Source: Asterias rubens (taxonomy: Eukaryota). Taken from it: a stretch of 64,000 nt of DNA. Below, piece after piece: positions 1-11,400 of this stretch; position 1 is the first letter of the stretch, and the number at the start of each line of letters is the position of its first letter. The stretch lies in NCBI RefSeq assembly GCF_902459465.1, contig NC_047070.1, positions 10,602,001 through 10,666,000 on the forward strand. The letters are read 5' to 3'. The notes under the pieces were generated by a model, which was not told the DNA's origin, did no database searches, and saw nothing but the letters and a program-made list of their open reading frames with translations. Position numbers and translations under genes: made by a program.

Positions 1-2254
1 ACAAACGTATTGAGAAACCATTGCACACAAGTGGTAATTTGACACTCTTTTAGGATTGTTGACACCAGACAATCTTTCTTTTACAAAACAGAACAAAAAT
101 CAAAAATAAACATGGAGAAAATTTTTTTTAAAGCAGAAGAGAGACGACGGAAAACACGCTTCGTATAAAAGTGTACGAATGACCCGTTTGCTTATCTAAA
201 AAATAATATGTAATATAAAGTTCACACATGCCAGGTTGATTCATATTAGCACTTCTTGAAATACTTGTACCACCAGCATTTATGTTGTCAGCTCCTATAA
301 ACAGCTCTCTAGTACTCAAACATGTACAACCAATGCACAGTCAATTTCAACAATAAAAAATTTGAAAAAAGTGGAAGATTAAACTAGAAACTCTACAAAT
401 GTAAAAATCTAGTACAGTTCATTTTATGTGCACGTTTTTTTTGTGTTTTTTTTTTCACTATTTTTTTTTCCGCCCTTCTTTATATAGCACACATTAAATA
501 GACACAGATTGCATATTAACATTATATGCATGTTAGTTTGGGAGTCACAATCTCATTGCACAACAGATACATACTTTGGTGCTTGAAGTTTTTTACCAAT
601 TTATTTTTTTGTTTTTTCTTTTTAAGTCTAAGCTTAGTGAAGCACAGTACTTGCCTATTGCCTCCATAACGAGATATTCTTGACATTTTAAAGCTCAGCC
701 GGTCTAATTTCTCTATTACGTGACTAAATCTCTCTATTTTGTCCGAAACCTCAGAAATGAGGCAAGACCTAGTCCGCTTAAAAGTAGGCAAGACTACTAG
801 CTGACAACTATCTCACTAGAAGTAACGCAATTTGTTGATGTTGAATAAACTTTAGTTCTGGGTGCAGAGAAAGCCCTCTGTCCTTCCATACAAGTCGAAG
901 TAGTCAGGGCCCCCTCTAGTGTATCAGCATTATTATCACTACTGCACACATGGCGCCAGACAATGATGACTGCGGTATGGCTGAGGGTTATACAGCCCGG
1001 CATCAATACAGACAAGTTTCAAATACATGTTAGCCGAAATAGTATCATAAACGTGCGTCAGTTTTTAATTTTATTTTACTAATCACGGAGCCTCACCTTA
1101 AATGAGAAGCATCCGTTATGAACTTCACTATATTAAGCAGGCACAATTTGTCTTTGTTAAGTCTACTCATTTTTTCTTAAACTCTCCCTACACTGAGTCA
1201 CCTTAAATACAGGAACATGCTTATTTTGTAGGACAGGCTTCAGTTTCGCTCAGACACAAACAAGATTTCTGTGACGCCGCTACACTAGCCGGAAACAGGT
1301 CGAGTTTATAAAATGTAACAAAGGAACCTTGAAGCTGCCTTAATACAATCAACCCTTTCAAGTTGTTGAGGGGCGTACAGCACAAGACTGAAGCCAAGAC
1401 GGTTAATATTTCGAGATAAAACTTTTAGCACACATTCGCGGTACACAAACGTCAAGAACTGAATGTAATAACATGGCATGTTTTTGACACTAATGTCCAA
1501 TGGACTTCCAATAATTATACTAACATGTCATGTCAAATGATTGCTTTCTACAATGTACATGTATGAAGAAGAGACAGCTGGTAAATGTTAATTAAATCCC
1601 AAACCAAGCCCCTTTTCCCAATTTTTTTTTTTATTCACCCACAGACAACTGGCCCTTTTAGCAAAATTAAATGAGTTGTCAAAGAAATAAAATAAAACAT
1701 GTGAACATTCTTTGGACATTCACACAGAAATGATAAATATATCTCTGGTATGTTGCTCCAGTAATTGATCACATTATGTGACAAACGGTTTGGCATCGAC
1801 ATCAGTTGTGTGTTTTTAATTCACTTTTACGAGAAGAAGGCGTTTGTCTGTGATAGTGCTTCTTAAGATGGTTGTTGCCTGGACCCCTTTCCCCCCCTCC
1901 CCCGTAAGCTCTCCTACAGAGTGCAGCCAGAGAGCAGCCTCGAGCTATCATCCAAAAAGCAATTCAATTCCCAAGTGCGTCCTCGTGTCAGATAGATGGA
2001 AAGTTGTCTGAACCAGAAATCAAACTAATACAATATAACATTACAAAAATAGTTCATTTGAAATAATTAACGGTTTAGACACATTTCCACAACAACGACA
2101 CTGACAAACACTTCCACAAAAATGTAAGATAGTTTCAACACTTACACCTTCTTGTTTTTCGTTTGAAAAATCTTGGCAGTCAACGATGTAACATCTCTTT
2201 CACTCCCTGATGCTACTGATGATTTCTTTTGCCCCCCCCCCCCCCTCCTCATTC
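1..2254 (-). other. Probable long CPEB 3' UTR
   Basis: Downstream of the stop codon. U-rich on the mRNA strand, with UUUUAU elements and candidate AAUAAA hexamers near 1070 and 1630. The true 3' end is unknown. Confidence 0.55.
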
Positions 2255-2479
2255 TTACCATCGGAAGGGTACTGAGCGAGGTCTGTCCCCACCTTCCTTG
2301 ACGAGGGGCTTGTGAAACTCTCGTCCTGGGCGGGCATGTATGGCGGCCCAGCAGAAGTCGCAGTAGTATTGGAGGCAGGTGACGTTGGCGCAGAAGAAAG
2401 GAGCAAATTTACCTCCACAGCGAACACCCTGACACTCATCGCACATCTGATCATCAAGGACGTAGGGTTTCACTTCAAC
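2255..2479 (-). CDS. CPEB4: CPEB last coding exon, ZZ/zinc-binding domain (VEVKPYVLDDQMCDEC...RSVPFRW*)
   Basis: Acceptor ttgtccag|GTT, stop TAA at 2257-2255. Cys/His pattern conserved. Confidence 0.97.
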   Translation of the reverse strand, partial: VEVKPYVLDDQMCDECQGVRCGGKFAPFFCANVTCLQYYCDFCWAAIHARPGREFHKPLVKEGGDRPRSVPFRW

Positions 2480-5400
2480 CTGGACAATGAGTAAATGTTG
2501 CAAACATTTTACTTTATTAGAGTGGAAAATCAGGATCAAATAATATCAATATTTGATGTATTACAGCATCGTTTGTTTCAATTTTCTAGAATAACTTCTC
2601 TCAAAAATGTCTTTATTATGAACTTGTCTTTATTAAGAATTTGACTTTAAAACACCTTAAAGGGAAGGTTCATGTTTGGTAATTACTCAAAACAAATATT
2701 AACTTAAAAACTGACTTGGTAACGATCATTGGAGAGCTGTTGATAGTATAAACATTGTGGGAAATGACTCCCTCTGAAGTAACGTAGTTTTTGAGAAAGA
2801 GGTAATTTCTCACTTCTAGCTAGAAGTCTTTTATTCCTATCTGAAAGCACACAAACTCGTGTGTTTTTTCTTTCATCATTTTCTCGCAACTCCGATGACC
2901 AATTGAGCCCAAATTTTCACAGGTTTGTTATTTAATGCTTGTGATGGGATACACGAAATGAGAACACTGGTCTTTGACAATTACCAAACGTCAGTGCCTT
3001 TAACGAAAATATATTTTAAAAGAACCCTCTTGCCTCCGCATCAAAATAATTTTACGTTTAATTGCTAATTTTTCTCTCAAGGCTAGTGTACAACACTACA
3101 TACAAACACAAGGAACCTCTTCCTCCCACACCCACAAAAAAAGCATGTAATGATATTCAGTGTCTAGCAATAAATAAGCAAGGGCCACATAGGAATATAT
3201 AAACAGTCTTGGAGTAAATAAATTCAGAACTAGTCTTCGTCTACTCTGTAATTCTATTCACCGGATACCCTTTAGCAGGGAGAACAAAGTATTTTACAAC
3301 AGCAGCATTGAGTATGGGACTAGCAGTATCTGTGGCCGCACCATATGGTTCAAACTGGTTTTGTTTACCAATCTCGCTATGAAATTTCAGCATTTGCGTA
3401 TTGATTGCCGGCCGGAAATTGCACTGCACCCAAATGATGTAAATAAAGGCCGGTTCTGTAAAGGTCAGGACTGAGAAAAGATGGTGTCAGCGGTAACTGA
3501 TTAAACCCGGTCAGCCCACTCCTCTTGAATTGAGAATCCTGTCAAAAAGTGCTCTACACAGATTTCAGCTTCTAGCGTTTCACTTGTCTGTGATATTAAG
3601 GCAGTGGACACTATTGGTAAATACTCAAAAGTATTTATAAGCATAAAACCTTAATTGGTAACAAGTAATGGGAAGAGGTTGATAGTATAAAACAGTGTGA
3701 GAAACGGCTCCCTCTGAAGTGATGTAGTTTTGCGAGAAAGAAGTAATTTTCTACAAATTTGATTTTGAGACCTCAGATTTAGACGACCAACTGAGCTCAA
3801 ATTTTCACAGGTTTGTTATTTTATGCATATGTTGAGATACACCAAGTGAGAAGATGGGTCTTTGACAATTACCAATAGTGTCTGGTGTCTGTTTAAGCGT
3901 ATGGTGAGAGACTCAATCATTTGCTTGATACTACAGAACGGTTAGCCGCTTCCTTCAAATAATAACTTCCATAATTTCTTAAAAAACACGTCACTGTATG
4001 CATTATACACAACGGAAACATTTAATTTACATAGCTGTTAGTTAATATGTTACCAGCATGTTTTGGAACCTTACATTTTACTGCTGTACTTCATGTATTT
4101 TACTGAAACCTTTTTGGAAATTTCTATCATTTTCAGAACAGATCACTCTAAGGATACAAACAAGTTCTTTCAAACAAAATATATTTTTGTTATTTTGTAA
4201 ATGTTTATGTCCCGCAGACAGATCTGTTGTATTCTCTCTCAAGAAGTTCCAATGTTTTCAATAATCGGTATCGTCATTTCAAAAAGAATGTTCATTAAGC
4301 AATTTAAATACTATCTACAAATAACAAGCCCTACCCATGTTCCGCTGACAAAATAAAAAATAAAATGGCAGGTGCATTCAATAATTCCACCCTATGGGTT
4401 GTCGTCCTAAATTTCTACTGCGCCATAACTATACAAACGAGAGGCCCTGTCACGCAGAAGGTAGTGCTTTATACTGCAATGTATTATTATGTGAAAGTGT
4501 GTGGGTGGGTGGTTGAAGGGGAGAGGCTTCCACGACAACAAGAAATTCCTGTCCATATGTTACCTCGCTGTATATTATATTAGCACTCGTAGCTCTCACC
4601 GGTAAAAATTCAACAATTGATGGTGCGTACAATCAGACACGTTAATTATTTATCTTTAGGTGCAGCTTCAATTTGTTATTCTCTACTGTAGAGCCCAGCA
4701 TCCAAAGATACAACATAAGATGCTAAGGTTTATAGAGCCGACAAACAACGGCAAATTAATCTACAGAGTAAATATTAGCAGGGAATGGGTCACTAGAAGA
4801 TTTCGTAGATCGCCTGGTTACATGTTTCTGCTCTACATGACTTTTAGGTTATTTTCAGGTATCTAAAATCTACATCAATTTTGTTCCCTCATGTACAAAT
4901 ATACCTCCGGGTAAAATATAACCATTAAAAGCTGTACCAAGTCAGGCCAAAATAGGAATTTTCCACAAAAACTGTCTTGGTGTCCAACATATTGTTCAAA
5001 GTTGGACATGCACATGTATCATTCACATTATCGTAGAGATTGCAAGCAACTTGCATGCATTATTTGTATTATTCAAAATAAAACCCTTTTGAGTACATAA
5101 ATCTGACATAAACGACTTCACCAAAATTGATTACTACATCAAGATATCATAAATTGATAAAATCTGTTATTTTAAAAAATAGTGCCCCTTTGGATGCACT
5201 GGTTTTGACAGCGGGAAATTTGTTAATAAAATAGCTTTAGATGATAGAGTACTTTTTATGCAATACTTCATTGGCAAACTGGAAAAAAAAAATTCACAGG
5301 AGGAACCAAATTTCCTCTTTGGTCTAGCCTTCTCCGTGAATGTTATTCGTTCTATTTATACTGAATAGACGGTTTTCAATTGTTTCTTGTACTTTCCTGC

Positions 5401-8400
5401 TTCATTGACTGTGAATTCTTTAGAGAGAAATAAAGTACAAATAATGGAAAGATGAAAAGAGTCGACAAACCACAACACAGTATTGTCCATCTTCTTTATG
5501 TAGTTCTGATGTGCCTTAACATAGCATTAGAGAGAGTGCACATGTAATCCATATGCAGCATGCATCACTTCAAAACTCAGGGTAATAATTAAACCAAGGT
5601 TAGACCCGGCACATTATAAGATCAGACATCACTGGAGCGATTCACAATGGCATGTCATTGCCGTGGTTACTGGCAAATAGTTCGTACAAAAAAAACGCCC
5701 ACACAAAACCAAAACCACATTAACGTCAACAATAAACGCCTTTAATTAAGAAATGAAGACTACGCAATGAAACAAGAGGAACATGTGTCTTTAGTATGTG
5801 CACTTACTCGCTTGTCAATATCGCCGTGTTGAAGCTGCACAAAGCGAGCGCTGATGGCTGCTATGTAACTTTGTTGATTAGAGAATGCCACACGGCCGGC
5901 ACCCTTGGGGTATTTCAACTCTGGATCTGTGTCGATGCCAGCATAGCATACCCCTCCGTACAGACGATCCATGATCATGGCCAGCTCAACTGAAACGGAG
6001 AGAAAAACAATCAAGATTCGATCAGAAGATGAAAACAAAAACCTCCAGAAAATCCTCAACGGACGATGTGTCAGACCTCAAGACTGATGCTTTATTAAAG
6101 TAAAAAAAAAAAAGAGTCTGTAACGCTTTGAAAGGAAAAGTTTTATCATGTGAGACTTTCCTTCTCATTTCACTAATGCATTTCTGTAATTGAAGAAGTT
6201 TAAACATATTTTAAGATCCAAGGCACAAATCAAATCTTCAAGGAATGATAGATTTAAGACTGGTGCTTACTGACAGCTTTCTTGTTATGTCTTGAAAAGG
6301 TGTCGTTTCCAAATTCATTGTGTGCAACAACAACATTTATTTACTATTTTGTTTACATCTTTGTTCAAATCAAGAGGGAAAACACAGACAAGAAACCCTA
6401 CAGCTCTTCTTACCAATTTAGAAAAAATTGTTTTTGATAGTTTTCACTTATTGTTCCAAACAGTGCAAGATCAAGATATTTAATGGCACTACAAGTACAA
6501 GGTAAGCCTCTGATGGTCATGCGTTGAATACATGTAGAGTGATCATCTGCTCACTGGCATTATAATTCCCAAACCAACTACATGTATAACCAACCATGTA
6601 TAACCAACCAACCATAGCCAAAAACCTGACAAAAAAATTCCTTGTTTAAGAAGCACGATTCAACAAAAAAACCAAGATTCATCAGTTGTTAGTGTTGCCA
6701 TGAAAGTTTTTAAATTGTGACATCACACTTTGCTTAGCTATTAAGATTGATAAAGACTTCCACTTTCACTCATATACTGGCTGGGACTAGATGAGAAAAA
6801 GATGCCATTCTTGTGCGGGGGGTTGTGAGATTTTGTTGGAGCAGTTGCTTGAACTGCTCTATTAGCTCTTTGTGAATTTGGCCCAGCAAGTGATAATTTA
6901 GAGGGTCTAATATTACACCGAACGATAAAAGCCCCTTTCTCCTAGCTCCCCTTCCTTACCAAAAAATGTAGGGCAACATTAGCATTATGCGGAATATTAG
7001 TCCAATATGAGTCAGTGGGAGACACAGCTGTAGCCGGTAGATTGAGGAAGGAAACAGGTAATTGAGTTCCTATGACTTCCACTGAAGCTCGGTTGTCCAC
7101 TCTCTTGTCTTGTATTGACTACGGGCTGTGAAAGTCCTCAACATGCTTAGTTTGCATTCACACACTTTGCTTGGACTGATCTAGACGGAGCCATTACCTG
7201 CTGTCTGACCACAAGACCTCTTCAAGATAATCATGATAATGGGGCCTAGACTGGCTGAGTGGCTCAATGCAAATGGGCGATATGGTGACAGTGGTCACTC
7301 TGACTTCAAAGAGCTCTCAAAGTCGTGTCTAAAAATTGATTCATTTTTTTTTAACAGGCTAAATAAAACCAGGCATATGTATTCCTTCGAATGCAAAGCG
7401 AGTTTTGACGCCATTGTTTTTACAAGGAATGTTTTGCATGAATACAATTCAACTAGTGTGAATTAATAGTTGCAATTTTTGACGTCCGTCAATATTCGTA
7501 TCGCATTCAATGTGTCCAAACCAGGCTGTGTCCAAACCAGTGCTACGCTCTAGCAATGCATTTGCAGAAAACAGCCAGAACCTGAAGCTCAAACGGTTCA
7601 ATTCCAATTTACTATATGCTGGCTCTTGCATACATAATTGCACACACACACTCATCACACACGTACAATGCTAAAGAGTGGTTGAGTATCGCAACCTTGA
7701 CGGATCTTGAATTGAAATGCCAATTACAGAGTATTTGTATACACCGTATAGGTTAGTAATGAATTTCCAAGACTCGACATTGATTGCTCCTGTAGATGCC
7801 CTGATGAATTACTGTCATCTTATAACTATGCCCAATGAATAACTTTCAATACATTGTCTGGAATTACAAGATCATTGTACATGTACATGAAAATTTGTAA
7901 TATCCGACTGCCGCATTTATGCGAAACTAATTTTCCATTCTTCATATACATTGCATTTTTCTGAGTCTTCCATACATGTATAGGCCTATAGTTTAACTGA
8001 ATGCAATGTGGAAGATCTTGTCTTGGGACCTTCTCCCTTCAACATTACATATCAAACTTGCTTTAAAAAACATGAAATAAGTTGCCAAGAATGCTGACTC
8101 GTTTTGATCGTTTTTCTGGCTGCTCCATAAGAAGTTCAATAGATGGCACCAGGGGGGGAAAAAAACAACTGTTAGTCTAAACATTCTTAGGAACCTATTT
8201 GGTCTTTCAGGGGAAATTAACAGAATATGAATATCCCCAGCTGGACCGACTTAATAGAGACAAAACTCTTCTGTGAAAAGTGAACTACTTTGCTCCAGTT
8301 ATTAATTTGACTCCTCTAGCAATATAAAAACTTACTGGCTCTGAGAGGTCTTGGCACTCCGCCAACGAAGATGGTCTTCCTCGGGTCCAACGGCTGTGAA

Positions 8401-11400
8401 CCGTCCAAGACAAAATCACTGTCTGCAAGATTCCATGGACGAATTTGGACCTGGAAGAAGAGAGAGGAGGAAATGAAACAAAATAACTCTCAGTTGCCGT
8501 TTGTGTCATCAGTTATACCAATTTATAACATTATAACATGTAGTTTTCCAATTACATGTATCTTGCTCACTTAAAGGCAGTGGACACTATTGGTAATTAC
8601 TCACAATAATTATTAGCATAAAACCTTCCTTGGTAACAAGTAATTGGGAGAGGTTGATGGTATAAAACATTGTGAGAAACGGCTCCCTCTGAAGTGAAGC
8701 AGTTTTCGAGAAAGAAGTAACTTTCCACGCATTTGATTTCAAGACCTCAAGTTTAGAACTTGAGGTTTAGTAATCAACCATCTAAACACACACAACTTCG
8801 TGTGACTCGTGTGTTTTTACTTTCATTATTATCTCGCAAGTTCGATGACCGACTGAGCTCACATTTTCACAGGTTTGTTATTTTATGTTGAGATACACCA
8901 ACTGTGAAGGCTAGTCTTTGACAATTACCAATAGTGTCCACTGCCTTTAAATATACATTGGAACTTTTCACCCTGATTTCAGAACCCAACCCCAACGTGT
9001 ATTTTGGAATATTCATCTATAGTGTCAGTTGCATTTTCCAGATGTTTTCTAATTCTTTTCCCAAATGTTTTATTATTTTTGTTGAAAATCGACATACACT
9101 GAACTGGCCAGTAAATTTTGACTTCCATTTCAACCACAGACTTCAGGATTTTGAGTTGAGTACGGTCTTAATTAATCAAAATACCCCTCAAAATCAGCAA
9201 AGGAATTTAATCAGTTCGGGTAGCACCGTGCTGCACGGTTTATTTTAGGTCACCGACGGGAAACATTAGTTTAACCGGTCAAATAAATCTGTGAGCAGAA
9301 AATAACCCGTGAGCCATACTGCATCATCGAGAATATCCTTTTTAAATTAAGCGTCACTCCTAAGAGAAAACACTGCAATAAGTATAGCACGGTGTCTATA
9401 TTTATCCGGTGTTTCCTTCAGGACGGGTTGAAGGGAGACACTTCATAAAATTACTGGTGAATCATTCAACCCAACCACCCCCCCCCCCATGTCCTGCAAC
9501 CCATAAACACACTTCAGAAAGACAAAATAAAGGTCAATACTTTCTGATCATACTAGACCCAATTCTTGTGGTTAGGGCCTCTCGTCTTAACGATTTGATT
9601 TCGTCTTCCTCTTCTATTTCTTTTTCGCTCAGAATTACAGATGAGCCACTCGATGCTCGAATGCTGTGCACGCATATTTTGAGGGTGTTGGCGCGGTCAT
9701 GAAATATACATACAAGGGGTACGAATTCATGACAGGGTTCGAGGGCTCCGGGGCGATCAGCTGTGAATATGCCCAGCTGAGTCTAAATTTAACTCCCAAT
9801 TTATCGGCAAACAGAGAAAATCTTTCCACCCCAAGGGAATTGTAATCTGGAAAACATTACCGTGACACCACAGAGATTGTGCAATGACATTTATCAAACG
9901 ATTTGGTCTAAAGATAGCGGCTAGTAATCTCAAGTCCAATATTGTAAAGCCTGTAAGCAGACATTTTTAGCCAAAACAGTGAGTGCCCTCTGCAGAATTT
10001 CTACTTGATAGCACTGGTTATGGTTTGCAAGTCAAAAGGCAGTCAACTTGCCAGCATTTTTCGCTGACAAAATGAGGTGGTTGCAGATCATACCGCATTA
10101 GAGGAAGATAAAATATTGACTCTTACCGAGATGTCTTCACGAAGGAAAAATGTTACACGACGGTATGTACAGACTATTGTGGACATTTTTTTCAATTCCA
10201 GTAAGAGTAACCAAACCGATGTTGGATTCAAAATTAAGCTGTGTCCAAACAAGCGACTGCGGATTGATCACAGCATTAACATAGTTTAAACATATATGAT
10301 GCCCATAGCATCACCCTTAGCAACAAGCACAGCTGTAGCCGCAGCTGCCAATTCAGTCACGGCTGAAGTCTAGCTCCAGGTTTCTTGCAAACAACTACGT
10401 CACAATGGGCAAAATGGTACCAGACTCGTTTTCTTTCCCGCTTCAGTCTGGTTACAGGATGGTAATAGTTTTTTCCCCGCACAAACACACACACATAAGT
10501 CAGGGCACAAGACAGGAAACTTACCGGTTTGTCCTTGATGGTTGGACTCGAGACGCAAAGATAAAGTTTATCTTCCTCCTTGATGCATGCCTCGATCAGT
10601 GCCTGCACAGACCGCTCATCTTGGAACAGGAGGAATGCATAACCTATAGGGAGAATGTCATGCACTGTAAACATCACACATAGAATTCTGTACATTGGCA
10701 AAAGGTCACGTACATTAGAGTACAGTATATTTAGTGAATGGTCGGTACTCAAATATAAAAGATGTACCAGATCAGCAGAGCTTAAATACAGAGAGAGGGA
10801 GAGATACATAAAGACACACAGAAAAAGATCACCACCAACGACAACAACAAAACGAGTACAGATAGTTACATTTTTTAAGGAAACCAAAGTATCCAAAACC
10901 ATGTATGCCTGGGATGGGGCCAGGGACAATGATCATGATTTACATGATGAATATGCTGACAAGTTCTGATGAGCTGGTAAGATCCAGCCTTACAATTTAT
11001 AAAGTGTCTTTATGCCTCAGCTCAAATAAAGTCACTTGCATGTCAGTTCAGGACCCCAAAACCCCCAGAACTGTTTCAATGCAATACTTGAGATTAGAGC
11101 AAAAACAGTCACCTCTACATGTAGCTTCAGGTGAATTGACAGGGTTTTGACATAGATTGTTTTAAATGTTTTGTCATAAGTGTCTTTTTGTTGATAGCAT
11201 ATATAATTTTCTGTTTTTTTAGTTTTGGTTTTTGAGCAAGTCTTTTCAAGGTAGACAATTGCTGATCCTGAAGAGCAGACACTTTTCTTTTTCCTTCAAT
11301 CCCCCCTCCATGGCCCCCTGCTGAGTTATTTTTCTTGGCGATAATAATATTTGAAGCATTTCCCATACACAATGAAAAAAAACCTCTATACATGAATCTA

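Noticed and set aside
10965-11000. CTGATGA followed by a 5-bp stem (also at about 13160)
   Set aside because: No GAAA after the stem, so it is not a hammerhead core.
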